Shown here: positions 51,531 to 64,000 of the stretch, in pieces
How the letters are laid out: the number at the start of each line of letters is the position of its first letter
How positions within the stretch are numbered: position 1 is the stretch's first letter
Assembly (NCBI GenBank): GCA_030265395.1
Contig: JARFYF010000094.1
Location: 71,901,628 to 71,965,627 of the forward strand
DNA: 64,000 bases
Source of the DNA: Rhina ancylostomus
Lineage: Eukaryota
Direction: 5' to 3'
The notes under the pieces: generated by a model
What the model was told of the DNA's origin: nothing
The model's database searches: none
Seen by the model: the letters and a program-made list of their open reading frames with translations, nothing else
Position numbers and translations under genes: made by a program

Positions 51531-52892
51531 CTGGAGAGTTAAAAGTCTTGTTACTAAAGTAATGTGCAATTGAGCTACATTTCTTTTGCCACTGGCCTTT
51601 AATTTACATTTTGTCTTTAAGGCAGGGGAAAACACTGCTTTTTATGCATACTAACAAGTTGAATTAAAGACAGCCACTTTTACATATCCACTATATACTT
51701 CACACATTTTCTATCTTCTATAATTCAATGCATTTTGCCATTCCTGAATGCAAGTTCCAATGATATCTTAGAAGTGTGAAATAAAGCTCAGAATCAAATG
51801 AAACAACGTTTGCAAAACCTAAATAATAATCGAATTGCTTGTAAGACACAAGCTATTGTCTATCATTTGAATGTCAATTATGCACTGCGTTAACCTAGGT
51901 CTAAAGGTTATCAAGTACACTTGCAGACTTAATGAGCTACTATTGTCATGGACAATAGTAGCTCATTATCATGGACACCCAGTATGCACCTNNNNNNNNN
52001 NNNNNNNNNNNNNNNNNNNNNNNNNNNNNNNNNNNNNNNNNNNNNNNNNNNNNNNNNNNNNNNNNNNNNNNNNNNNNNNNNNNNNNNNCACTTTCTATTG
52101 CCTTGAAGTTCCTTTCTGCAGCATTCCCAACCAAAGCCAATCTGATTTGTCAGGTTGACTGCCCACAAGGAGGGAAAGCATGCAGCACAGCTAATCTGAG
52201 AACAGGCAGATCTGAAGGGAAAGATTAATTGTCATGTGCGGGAGAAGGAAATAGACGGTGGCTGGTGGAACAGTAATTGGTCAACCCTCCACCTCGTTTC
52301 ACTTCTGCTAAAGCTATATGGGCAGATTGGGTTCAAGTTTCAAGCCTGTAGCATTTTAACCTTCTGGTTGAAACAAACTCATCTGTTTTGGATGATTAAG
52401 ATTATACCCTTAGTTATGAGTGACCTGTGGTGACTGATGGAAACCAACAAACCTCCCTTGAATAGACCTCTTACTATTTGTCAGTAATGAGCACCATTTA
52501 CAAAGGCCTTAAAGGAAAACAAAATTGCCTAAACTTGGTTGGTCTCTCGTACAGGAAAACAATGATGAATCCTGGAAAGAATGATATAAGCTAGTGACAA
52601 ATCCCAAAAGTCAAACATTTCAGAAATACAGTTCTACTTCACTCTATCTGAAATAACATGAACGGATGAACTATTTTAGCTTATTTATGGAATATAAATG
52701 CCACTGAAAGTGCCAGCATTTAGGGTCCATGCCTATTGACTCTGAACTAAGGAGACAGTTATGAATCATACATAGTGATAGGTCTGGAATTACAAAGGAG
52801 AGGGTGGGAAGGATGGAAGATTCCCTTCCCTGCAGGATAGGAATGAAAGAGATGGGTCCTTGCACTTCATAAAAACTGCAATACAATGATAC

Positions 52893-53014
52893 CTTTTCAG
52901 AGGAATCAGGTTTTTCACTCATTTTCTCACATGTACCAGAGGTAGAATCCAAACTACCATGTGAACCTTTGGAGTCTTCATGGGACACCGTTGAAATAGC
53001 CACAGATGAGAAAA
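52893..53014 (-). CDS. DOCK10: DOCK10 exon
   Basis: tag|(V)FSSVAISTVSHEDSKGSHGSLDS...SEKPDSSEK|gtatc, 122 nt, phase 1-0. Confidence 0.92.
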
Positions 53015-53215
53015 CTAAAAATAGCACCATTAATGTTATTTGCATTCAACTAATAACAAGTGATATATATTTAAAAATTACATCTATAATTACATGTTGT
53101 CACTGTAAAATGGTCAAAGTTTCAAAATCATCATCTAAAACATTAAGGGCAAACTTAAGATACCGATGAATGGGAATTTAGGAGTTAAAGAAAATATCAG
53201 TCCAGAAAGATTTAC

Positions 53216-53333
53216 CTGCTATTGAATTCAAGACATCTTTTGAGACTGAACTTTCCAATGAATTCGTATTCCTTGTTGGTGTTGTTGACTGATGCTGTGA
53301 TCCACCAGCAGTACTCAAGTCATCCCTGGAACC
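53216..53333 (-). CDS. DOCK10: DOCK10 exon
   Basis: cag|GSRDDLSTAGGSQHQ...SKDVLNSIA+G|gtaaa, 118 nt, phase 0-1; GSRDDLST and SKDVLNSIA are DOCK10-like. Confidence 0.93.
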
Positions 53334-53570
53334 CTGTAATTTANNNNNNNNNNNTTTTAATATCGTTTCTAGTTATTATCACTGATAGCTATATGTAGGT
53401 GTAACAACTGCACAAGTTTCTACAGTACTAATATCAACCCAATAAAATATTTCCAGCATGATACACCAGCAGAGTATGTAATGAGACAAATACAGTGCTA
53501 CAATTTCTTTAAATTTGTCATGATAAGTCGTCAAAGGATTAATCATCATTATTCCTGATGTTACACTGAC

Positions 53571-53687
53571 CGGATTAGATGAACTGAGATTGAATGGGAA
53601 CATGTCCTTCATAAAAATTCGTGGCAAGTTGTCGAGAATTATTCCATACAATGGCAGGTACAAAGTGGCTAGTAGTTCCTGTTGACT
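53571..53687 (-). CDS. DOCK10: DOCK10 exon
   Basis: cag|SQQELLATLYLPLYGIILDNLPRIFMKDMFPFNLSSSNP|gtcagt, 117 nt. Confidence 0.93.
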
Positions 53688-53774
53688 CTGCATAGAAACA
53701 CAATTATTAATCAAACTGACATATTTCAATAAGATAAGTCATATTATGCAACATTTAGACCTTGTTCTTTTAAG

Positions 53775-54222
53775 AGCAACTTAGGCATTAGCTGATAAGT
53801 GACAAGTGACGTTAGTGCCACAGAAGTGCATGGCAGTGATCATTTCAAACAATACAGAGTCGAATCACCTATGCTTGACATTCAATGGCATTATCATCAC
53901 CAGGTCCCCCACCATCAAGATCCTGGTTGTGACCATTAACCAGAAACCCAAATAGAGTATTAATTCCATGGCTAAGGAGCAGAACAGAAGCTAGATATGA
54001 TCCGGTGAGTAACTCAGCTTCTGACACTCCAAGACCCTTCTGCCGTCGAGGCAAAAGTCAGGAATGTGATGGGACACCCTCCACTTGCCTGGAAGATTGT
54101 CATACTATCAACTTCAGTCAGTTCTACATTATCCACAACAAAGCACCCTGCTGGTCGGTCAGAAGTCCACTGCAGCAGTTCAAGAACATAGCTCACCTCC
54201 AATTTATCAAGGGCAATTAAGG
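53775..54222 (+). mobile_element. LINE 3' fragment (CR1/L2 group)
   Basis: Decayed KAQVRSVMEYSPLAW..DTIQ.KA-type motif: aggcaaaagtcaggaatgtgatgg..ccacttgcctgga. Confidence 0.6.
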
Positions 54223-54399
54223 ATGGACAAGACCCAGATCCTGAAGATGAACTTAAACCCTTTCCTTCATGTTCTTCTTTGTTTTGGTTCCATCAAGTTG
54301 CCCATATTTCTTCAGCTCATAGATGGCAAGGCAACGTAGCCACACAGACAGCTGATAGGGATTTCAAGAACACTTTGTCCTTCCCTCTTCTGAGAACCA

Positions 54400-55222
54400 A
54401 ATCTCTAAACTGGTGCTAAATCAAAATGGGCTGTAGCAACACAATGTGTATTATCATACACCAGTTTGACATCCAGGGAGTGTAATCCCTTCCAGTTGTG
54501 ATACATCCTGCATTGATAGGCAGCAGTATCAGAGTGGTAATCAGTGAGGTGCTATACTCCTGACGCATGGGTTTTAACCTTCTCAATACAATTCCAAATG
54601 TTCCTTCTCTACTCTGGTCCAGAGGTAACCAGGAGTCCGTGGGGATGCTGCACTCCTTCAAGGACTGCTTCTCCCTATCCATCTGATATTCTCTTTTCAC
54701 GAGTGAGCTCAGAATAAGTTGACTGCTTCAGGAATATGGCACTGGATAGGGCAAACAATGAGGCTTGCCGTGCATAGCTGACTGAGAGCAACCATTGCCT
54801 CAGTCGTGGGAATGGATGCTGGCATTCAAGACTGGCAGAGACAATGTTGGTGGTATTCTTCAAGTGCTTTGAGAGACCTGGTCCAGGTAGTCCAGTCTCA
54901 GAAGCAGATCAGAGTGCAGGTATACAGAGTGCAGTATACCAGGAGTTTTGTGCTAGGTCTGAGGTTCTTGATATTCAAATACCTTACCCCTCAATCAACC
55001 AAAGGTTCTGTTGGCACATTGAAGGTGGTGGTGAATTTTATCACAGGTGTCTGCCTTTGCTGAAATATAAATGATATGGGAAATGGTTCATGTTTTCCAG
55101 GGTCTCGCTATGAACATTTATTGTCAGAGGCAATGTGGTGTAGTGAGGATGGGAGAGAGGTCGGGGGTGGTGCAGTTTGGTAGAGGACTTCAGCATCTTG
55201 CTAACTTGACACTCAGTGCCCA
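54400..55222 (-). mobile_element. RTE-clade LINE fragment
   Basis: ETLENMNHFPY..SKGR / TKLLVYC..ASETG..HLKALEEYHQ / LKQSTYSELTREKR..GQ..LKECSIPTDSW, typical RTE C-terminal region. Confidence 0.8.
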
Positions 55223-55329
55223 TAAAACAAATGTTTTGCAGCTGAATTATGAGGCTGGAAGTATTTAAAAATGTCACAAAGAAGCAGAGTCCACACTTTC
55301 AATGTATCATAAACAAATGGGTTACTTAC

Positions 55330-55508
55330 TTTTCCTGAATATCTGTCATCAAATGAATGCTTTGCCAGTAGATTTTTAAGGACAGCAATTGCAAGATGTC
55401 TAATATCTTGGTCTTCTTGAAGTGCAAATGCAACTTCACGAAGCAACAAGCCAACAAGAAAATGATTACGACAAAATTCATTTGTCAGAGTATATTCTGG
55501 CTGCGTGC
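55330..55508 (-). CDS. DOCK10: DOCK10 exon
   Basis: tag|(G)TQPEYTLTNEFCRNHFLVGLLLREV...LAKHSFDDRYSGK|gtaagt, 179 nt, phase 1-0. Confidence 0.95.
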
Positions 55509-57260
55509 CTACAAGGATAAAAATATGTGGTTCAATGACAAAATGCATAGTGCATACAAGTCAAATTTATACATATATAAATGAAATTGATCCAGAGGTT
55601 GTTTGCATATTCTAAGCACTTGAACCCCCAACATTGTCTCTGCATTTTACATGGGGTCTTCCATTTGGCTGGGAGTGACCCCATATATCTGGGCACTTAT
55701 TTGACTAGTTTTCCTTGGGATTTCTGTTGGCCTTTCCATGATAAGAAATCAGGAAAGCCACATCGAAATTCCATCTGTGCCTCAGTATTATCATTTCTCC
55801 ATCTTTATTACTAAAAATGCCATGCAAATTAAATATTTAATTTCAACAAAAGAATGCTAAATGCCGGTTTAAAAAAAAATGGGTAAATGACATTCACCTT
55901 GTATCTATTTGAGACCAAAGTCCAAAACTGGATCAGTGAAACATCTGACTGAGTTTGTTGCACTACTGTACATGCCAGCCATCATGTGATTTCACTATTC
56001 AACAAACCGAGTATTCAACAACTTCTGGACTTGCTGATTGTAATAGGTCCAGGTTTAGTTTAAAAACTAAGAGCACATTCAATATTTCCATTATGCATTC
56101 ATTCATGTGATCATAGAAATTTAAAGTATAGGAAGCGGCTTTTCACCCAATCATACTACTGCTTGCCAAAAAAGGAACTCTTTAGCTTTATCTCACTTCT
56201 CTGCTCTTGATCTATAGTCCTGTAGGTTATGTCCCTACTCGTCCTTGTCCTTTTCAATGTTTTTCTGTCTTAACCACCAGGCAAGAGTTCCAGACCCCTG
56301 ACTATAATCTGGGTGAAAAATCTTTTCCTTAATTCCCCAATAATCCTTTTACCAATTAAGTTATATCTAAGTCCTCTAGTTTCTGATCTCCCCGCTTAGG
56401 GAAATAGGTTCTTCCTGTTCATTCTATCTTGGTGACTCAAGTATTATACCCTGAATTAAATCTCCACCCAGTCTACTTTATTCCAAAAAATAACTCCAGT
56501 CTTGCTAGTCTCTACTCACACCTAAAATTTTCCAGTTGGGGCAAAGTGCTTGTAAATCTCCTCTGTGTTTTGTCTCTAGGGCTATTGCTGATATGAACTT
56601 TCAAGTCACATAATTCAAGGGAAATTAGTGATTGAAACAACTGCTGGCCTTCAATGTTATATCCACAGATAAATGAGGGGGCATCTGGAATGATCACAGT
56701 GGTGACCAGATTGGCCCATTGACCTCTAATTTTATATAGTTCAGGGATGAATTCCCTTTTCTTATACTCTTCACTTTGGCTTATAACTGCAATCATTCCA
56801 TATGCCCTCTTATTTACTTATGAATATTACTTGAAGGCCAATGGTTATTTTCAGTCTCCAATTTCCCTTGAATTATGTGACTTGCAAGTTCATTTCAGAA
56901 TGTATTAAAGTGTCAGCCCCATTGACATGGGTCTGGAGTCACTCCAGACCCAGACTGGGTAAGGACAGGAGATTTCCTTCACTAAATGGGAATCGGATGG
57001 GTTCTATGACAATCCAACAGTTTTAGGGCCATCACTAGTCATGTCAACTTTTACTTTTAATTTCATAAATTGACTGTATTTGAATTCTGTAGCTGCCATG
57101 ATTGAATTTAAAGTCACATCTCCATATCATTAATCCAGTCTTCTGACATCACTGATAAGTAGTACAGTGGCAATGACTGCATAATTAACCATGACATGAA
57201 ACGTCCCCCAATTAATATGAAATGGAAATCACAGGAAAGAAAACAAAATTATGGGTTACA

Positions 57261-57596
57261 AACAATCTGCTGGAGGAACTCAGCAGGTTGAGCAGCATCT
57301 GTTGGGGGGGGAGGAAGTGTTGACATTTTTAGTCCTATCCTGATGTAGGGTTCCAACCCAAAACATCANNNNNNNNNNNNNNNNNNNNNNNNNNNNNNNN
57401 NNNNNNNNNNNNNNNNNNNNNNNNNNNNNNNNNNNNNNNNNNNNNNNNNNNNNNNNNNNNNNNNNNNNCTGATGTAGGGTTCCAACCCAAAACATCAACA
57501 ATTCCTTTCCCCCCCACAGACGCTGCTTAACCTGATGAGTTTCTCCAGCAGACTGATCGTTGCCCCAGATCCCAGCATCTGCAGAGTCTTGGGTCT
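57261..57596. mobile_element. Penelope-derived inverted/tandem terminal-repeat insertion with 17-bp flanking duplication
   Basis: caaaattatgggttaca (57244-57260) vs caaaattatgagttaca (57597-57613); ctgatgtagggttccaacccaaaacatca present twice. Confidence 0.75.
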
Positions 57597-58491
57597 CAAA
57601 ATTATGAGTTACACAGGTTGTCTATATGCCAAAACTGTTTTCTTACAAATGATTGCTATAAACACACATGTACAAATATATACAAACTCATTTGAAGATT
57701 ACAATTAAAATGCAAATGTGTAAATATACGCAGTCAATTTTTTGTGCCAACTTTTCAGAAGGTGACTGAGCTCTGGTGATATTACACTATTCCACTTCTG
57801 CCAACTTATTTTGGGGACTCAGCATTCCCAAGTCAAATACATCTGAGGCCAGATGCGTAAACTGGCAAGACTGGAGTTATTTTTCTAGAATAAAGGAGAC
57901 TGAGTGCATATTTAATTCAGGTGGATAAAATTTGAGACACCAGGACAGAATGAACAGGAAGAACCTATTTCACTCAGCAGGGAGACCAGAAACTTGAGAG
58001 GTTCAAATTATTTGGCAAAAGACAGAATGGAGGAAGTGAGGAAAAACTTCTTTATGCAGACAGCAGTTATAAACTCTCCCTCCAAATAAAGCCAATCAGA
58101 TTTTCAAAAGGGAAATGGGCAAGCACAACGGGGAATCATTGATAAAACTGTGACCAAAGAGTAGAGGAATAGGACTAATTGGATTAGTTAACAAAGAGGT
58201 GGCATAGATTCAAATGGGCCAAATGGCCTTCAGTGTTGTACCATTCCTGTGATTTAAGATGAGGAGGGAATTCTTTCATTCATTTGGCAATGATTTGAAA
58301 CCTTCCCCACAGAGATGCAGGACCAGATGTTTAAACCACTTCACCTCCCCATTTGCTGCTCTGAGACCCTTTCCAACAACGTTAAACACAGATTGCTTAT
58401 GTCACAAATGAAAAACTTCAACCGAAAAAATTCACAGGCCTTCCCCACCCTCCATTAGCAAGCCCGAACCTGAAGAGAAAAGTTAACTTAC

Positions 58492-58600
58492 CTTCATTTC
58501 CTGATCTATTCTTTAAAAATAGTATTGGCAAGTTGAGGGGAACGAAATGCTCATGGTTGCAAATTTCATGCAGGAAGTCAAACTTGTATTCAAAAAGAGT
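58492..58600 (-). CDS. DOCK10: DOCK10 exon
   Basis: cag|[25 protein letters not shown]...RSGNE+G|gtaagt, 109 nt, phase 0-1. Confidence 0.95.
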
Positions 58601-59424
58601 CTGCAATTAAAAGATATTAAAAAAGACATTTTTTCTTTGGATATTTCAGACTTGATTTGCTACTTTCACCAATGAATGATATAACAGATATTTGTTTTAG
58701 TGGGCTAGTGAGTACTTAAGCACAAAACTTCTCACAGATTTATTTGTATAGGATTTTCAGAACAACAGATGATTGCTGCCTTGAATCTGCCTTCAAATTT
58801 GGCACGTCTGCTATAAATTTCTTTCAAGACACATTAAGAAAAACTTGCGGGATCAGATCCACTGTTCATTTTACAATCTGCCAAATTTTACTTTTCATGT
58901 GTTTGTTTCATGTCACCAATTGCCCTGAGAAATTGGTGAAGGGCTGTTTTCTTGATTACAAAACATATTCAGAGATCTCAGATAATGCACAGACACTTGG
59001 TGCACAATGCAACATATTTTGTTCCATTATTGTACACCTTTCTTTGCACCTACATGAAAATCTGATACCAGAGGAAAGATTTTCAAGTTGTCACCTTTGT
59101 GCAGATAGAAATGTGGATCAACTACTGCTGCTAATCTTGTCTTTTTCTCTCCACCTCACTTTCTTGTCAATTCCCCCTTTCTAACCATCTCAAGTGCTTG
59201 AATTCCAACTGGCCACAATCAGCTTTGTGCTTCAAATGGTTCTGGCAATATTTCACTCAGTTAGAAGAAGCAAGTTTCATAAGTGATAGTCCCAAAAATC
59301 ACTGAAGCTTAAGGTGCAAATGCAAGAGATAAGTTTACTGTCATTTTCAGCAAAACAGGACAAATCAATGATCCTACACAATCTCCTTCTCAGATTTCCA
59401 CCATCATTAGTTATGGTGCGGCAC

Positions 59425-59676
59425 AGGGGTGGGACGGTAGCATAGCGGTTAGCACAACGCTCCTACAGCGCCAGCAATCAGGGTTCTATTCCTGTCGCTG
59501 TCTGTAAGGAGTTTGTATGTTCCCCCGTGTCTGCGTGGGTTTCCTCTGGGTGTTCCGGAGTCCTCCCACATTCTAAAGACATATGGGTAGGTTAATTTGG
59601 GGTTTAAAATGGGTGGCATGGACTTGTTGGCCCGGAAGAGTCTGTTACCACACTGTAAATAAAATTAAAAAAAAAT
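59425..59676 (+). mobile_element. tRNA-derived V-SINE with CR1-type tail
   Basis: ggtagcatagcggttagc..gggttctattcc (A/B boxes), gcgtgggtttcctctgggtgttccgg..ctcccaca, A-tail. Confidence 0.88.
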
Positions 59677-60197
59677 TTAATGTAGTGTTGAAGCAATTCA
59701 GTTCACTCTTCGTGATGGTAAGAATATGCAGGACACAACATCCTGAAGTGGATACATATCATTCTTTCTTTCATTGCCACTAGGTGAAAAATCTGAAATT
59801 CCTCACCTAACACTACTGTAAAGGCATCCTCAGCACAAGAACTGCAGTATTTCAAGAAATAACGCTTCTCAGGAAAACTAGTGGCATGAAGTAAATGTGT
59901 GGAAAGCAAAAATCGGAGAAGTGCAAAATGAGCAGTGGATCTGATCACACACATTTCCTTTCAGCAATAAGTGCCAAATTTGAGAGCAGATTAAAGGTAG
60001 CAATCATTCATTGCTCTGAGATCCATGGGAGTCCTAAACTAGAATACATATGACTTTAGTTAATGTCATTGAAATTCAGCAATAACAAGCATTTTTATTT
60101 GGAGGGGATAGCAAGATGAAACCTACGAAAAGTAAATGACCACACAGTATTAAATTATGTTGGAACTTTTCAGTTTTTTGACAACTGAGCAACTTAC

Positions 60198-60281
60198 CTT
60201 ATGATCTCCAGCGTTGAAGATGTTCATGTAGCTACTAATCAGCTTCATCACAAATCCTCTGTCCATGAAGGTAAAACATCG
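60198..60281 (-). CDS. DOCK10: DOCK10 exon
   Basis: cag|RCFTFMDRGFVMKLISSYMNIFNAGDHK|gtaagt, 84 nt. Confidence 0.95.
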
Positions 60282-61452
60282 CTGTAAAAATTAAAGGGTT
60301 AAGATTTACTGCTTCAGATACCAATAGGATGCAGCATTGGTGAACTCAAAATTCTTGGCCATGACACAGAAAAATGCAGAATGAAGTTGCATGGGAGAAT
60401 CCATGTCAGTATTGTACAAGACTAAGCAGAAGAGATATACTATTTAAATTTCTATTTAAATAATCAAGCTTTTGTGTCCTTTAGAATCATAAATCCTGTG
60501 TCATCTAGGCCTTATTTCCAAAGTCAGGTGTGAGATATGAACTTTAATGTACCATCTTCTCCAGTGACAGAGTCTCTTAATGTGCCGGTTCCCAATGGGA
60601 GGCTTGAAGGACTACCTTTAAAGATGGGTGCCCAGGGAAGGGCTAATTGACTCTTTCCAGAAAGTAGAATGACTTATGACTAGCTCCTGTGTTCAAAGCC
60701 TACACCCTTCAAGGAGCACTAGAATATCACAACAATGTGTGTTGTATGCTGATTAAAGCAACTGAACCCTGAAGCCACTCTAAGTCTTCTTCACATAGAA
60801 AACCATTTCACTGTTTATGAAGTGCACTATTCAGAGTTAATTAGGGACATCCAGCCAGCAGCTGAAATAGCTGAGCATGCTGATCAAGTTTAATTGAATG
60901 AGGAATCAGAGGATTGATTAAAAAAATGTAATTAATCACGTGTACATGGATTTTCAAACCAGATTTGATAACATGTTGCAGAGGATGTTTGTTGAACATT
61001 TAGTATAAAAGGAGATGTGCCAAAAGGGAGTAGAAGCTCTCTAAAATAAGGAAAAATAGATGAATGAAATCTAACCTTTTGCTGCTCATCAGTCTACAGG
61101 AAATGATGCCTAAGGTCTAACACTGAGTGCATCTCAAGCTTTAACATTTAGACAAGGGGTCTGTTTTGATTGCACTCTACTGTATCCTTACATCTCCAAA
61201 TAATAGACAAACCTCAGTTTTAAGTTTCCCTACCAGAATCAGCAATGAACATAACCGTTTTCTAAAACGAACCAGACAATTACTTGGAGTGAAAATATAA
61301 AGATAGTATGTAGAAGGTTGAGGAGAATATTGCTAATGGCTTCCTGCATTTCTAAAAAGTAACCATTTCCTCTTCCCTTTTCTTTCCACACACTTGAATG
61401 CCAGTGAAGTGATGGCTTTGTGTTATGCATTTTCAGAACGACAAAATGTTAC

Positions 61453-61599
61453 CTTCACAAACATGGCAAGATAATGGTTTGCCTCCTTGGCTTCTTCTTC
61501 AGTTTCTTTGAAGGATTTGAAAATGAGATCTCCCAAGGTTGTCACCAGCAATTCCATCGCACTGTGATAGGACGATGGAAACCTCTCAGTACGCTTTAG
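61453..61599 (-). CDS. DOCK10: DOCK10 exon
   Basis: tag|LKRTERFPSSYHSAMELLV...EEAKEANHYLAMFVK|gtaac, 147 nt. Confidence 0.92.
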
Positions 61600-61966
61600 C
61601 TATGCGTTTCAGAGAAAAACAATGAATTGGAATACAATGATTTCTCATAGAGTCTGGAATTCAGAAGAGCAAAATCTGCTAACATTAGATTGATTAAGCT
61701 TTAAACACAATTTTTAAAAATCTGAAGGGGTATTAAATTGATCTCATTCATGGTGAAACAAATTACTTTGGCAGTTGCACTGAAATTTATGCTTAGACTG
61801 GAATAAAAAGATGTAATTTTAAGAGAAGCTTGGGTATAACATGTAGTTTTTCCATCAGATATGTTTAACTTTCATTCTTTGCACTTTTGCACACTTTGTC
61901 GTATGTGACGTGGTACTTTTAAAATATTATTTTGCTATTTCTATGCTTTCCCCCACATCACTCTAC

Positions 61967-62041
61967 CTGCAGTCGCTTGTCGTCACCAACCAGATACTGC
62001 ACTTGTGACTTTATAACAATTTCAAAGAAGAACCACAAATG
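61967..62041 (-). CDS. DOCK10: DOCK10 exon
   Basis: cag|HLWFFFEIVIKSQVQYLVGDDKRLQ|gtaga, 75 nt; WFFF..KS motif. Confidence 0.92.
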
Positions 62042-63425
62042 CTGTAAAACAGAAGTTAAATTATCAGAATCGTGAAAACTACACAAACTATAAAAGACAA
62101 AATAAACAGTAAGATTTCAGCATAAGCTTTGTAAAACAATTTCTTAAGTTCTGTCAAATGCAGTGCATTACATTAACCATCAAACTAATTACATGACTCA
62201 GTAAATAAATAACGGAAGAGTCATCTTTGGAAGGAAATTTATTTTTTCACTTATTTTCTCACCAAGGAGGCAGGAGCCATAAGAGCAATAATGTTATTTT
62301 TATTAACAACACTCATGGCCTTTTATCATTCTGTAACTATTTTTGCTTGGTTGATGAACAACAATAATCCACTGAATAGAAATGAAGTATTATTAAAGCA
62401 CTTGGTGCAATGGAGACATAAAAACCTAGCTGAAAAGAAACTGAGCTGATCACTACTATTTCTGGCATTCAAATTTGTTCCCCTTTATACTGACAAAATA
62501 AGATTCTTCCCAGCTAGTGTCCTAATAATGCCATTGCACTTGTTTCAAATGGAAGCCCAAAGTTACAGAAACAGAATATATACCACAATGCATTAAATGA
62601 ACAAAACATTGAATCTCATCAACTTACCACTAACATTAATACAAAAGCAAAATACAACAGATCTGAAAATCTGGAAAATAACAGAAAATGCTGGAAATGC
62701 TCAGTAGGTCAGGCAGCCAGTGTGGAGAGATGAACAATGAGCCAGAACATGGCATCGCTGGCCAATGGTCTCTGCTGACTCTGTGGTGAGAGCAGATTTC
62801 ACTTTTTTGGATTTGCCATTGTTGAATTTCCAACTCAAGCTGACACGAATAGTGGCAGGGCCTCACGTTACATTGCTGAAATAGGTGAAGAAATCTTTGA
62901 CAACCAGGTGAATCGTGATGCAGACTTGGCCAGCCACATATCTATCGAGGGCTTTCAATGCTTTTCTATGACCCTTGTCCTTTGCAGCTGTTGCCCTCCA
63001 TTAAAATGAATGGACCTGCTGCTCCTATGCTAGGTCTAACCTTGCACAGGTACAGCAAGCAGATTCCCCACAAGTAGCCCAAAGTCAAGAGCACAGTCAG
63101 CGTAACCTATGCAAAAGTGGGCAGCACATTCAGGACTCCTTTGTTCATCCTGAAATCTCAAACATGGGCAACTTAACCTGAGAACTGCCAGCAGTTTGTT
63201 GAGGACTGCAGGTACTTTCCTGCAAATTCTAGATCACCCTTTCATGTTGGTGACCTTTTCTAAACATTGGGCTGGAATATTAATTCTGTTTCTCCTTCCA
63301 CAGATGCTGTTCAATCTGCCGAAAATTTCCTTCATTTTCTGTTTTCACTGTGAATATCATTATTAAAGTTATGTCCATGTTAATACATTGGCATGAAATA
63401 TCAATAGTCACCATTCAGGTTTTAC

Positions 63426-63545
63426 CTTTAGCAACCGTTTAACATCAGTGGCATCCGTAGACATCAAGACTTCAGTGACGCCTTTTAAAAGCTCTTCATG
63501 AATTGTTTTCTGGTTCAATTCAGAGTATTCAGCCTTGAAAACAAA
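63426..63545 (-). CDS. DOCK10: DOCK10 internal exon (first in window; gene continues beyond the window end)
   Basis: cag|FVFKAEYSELNQKTIHEELLKGVTEVLMSTDATDVKRLLK|gtaaa, 120 nt, phase 0-0; DOCK-D FVFK..T(I/V)HEEL motif. Confidence 0.9.
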
Positions 63546-64000
63546 CTGCATAAAATATAAATTGTATAAAGAAAATTAGTCAGCTTTAAACACCTAATAA
63601 TGGCAACAGCATACAATGGTAGTTAATAAATATGTTCAATATTAATGTCTGTATCTTATCAAAGTCTTGAGCCCAGCATTTCTATTTTACTTGAAGAAAT
63701 CACTAATGCAGGTCTTTGCCACACTAACATATTGAAGGCTAAAGCATTGCCACATTCCCTCTGCCCTATTTTCTGCCTATCATTTTAAAGATGAGAAATC
63801 ATTTGGTGGTGAGGTAGGAGAGGATTCCAGCACATATAAACAAATCAGGAACCCACAAAAAATGCAGATTAACTTAGAAAAATAAGTAGAAGAAACGAAA
63901 GCCAACCAGTTCCTTCTCTTTTCTTCTAATTTCGATTATTGGTTTCTTTCCAAAGGGATAACTTAATAACTTCCAAAGAATTGCCAGAGCAACCAAGAAA

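Noticed and set aside
55898-55927. 30-nt exon-like segment ending AAG|gtgaat
   Set aside because: TAG in the required phase-1 frame, and the flanking exons already join correctly
59425-59500. tRNA-like sequence
   Set aside because: It is the head of a V-SINE, not a tRNA gene
7194-63545. Assignment as DOCK9 or DOCK11
   Set aside because: [37 protein letters not shown], the GYWK insert and ELSTVMNEQ match DOCK10 as recalled
1-64000. CRISPR arrays, operons, prokaryotic defence systems, rRNA or snoRNA genes
   Set aside because: The sequence is a spliced vertebrate locus; I saw no regularly spaced repeats or supportable RNA-gene motifs, though an Infernal/Rfam scan could not be run

Overview
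Vertebrate genomic DNA, not prokaryotic. It is AT-rich, draft quality with N gaps, and its repeat content (V-SINEs, CR1, Penelope, DeuSINE) points to a cartilaginous fish (inference). Most of the window (about 6.7-64 kb, minus strand) is the 3' half of a DOCK-D family Cdc42/Rac GEF gene, best matching DOCK10. I traced 30 coding exons by hand from 63545 to the stop at 7194, with GT-AG boundaries and consistent phases; one donor is lost in an N gap. They include the whole DHR-2 catalytic region. Introns and the 3' flank are full of decayed LINEs (CR1, L1, RTE, Penelope), SINEs, a retroviral-type integrase remnant and a Harbinger Myb/SANT remnant. Best second-look items: a 6-nt (Ala-Val) and a 21/24-nt microexon candidate inside DHR-2; an alternative penultimate exon that would switch the C-terminus; a 2.65-kb block bounded by two L1 3' ends and one 17-bp target-site duplication; Penelope-type hammerhead ribozyme cores; and substitutions at conserved DHR-2 residues. 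I found no convincing wholly new biological system. Comparisons to human DOCK9/10/11 are from memory and need alignment.
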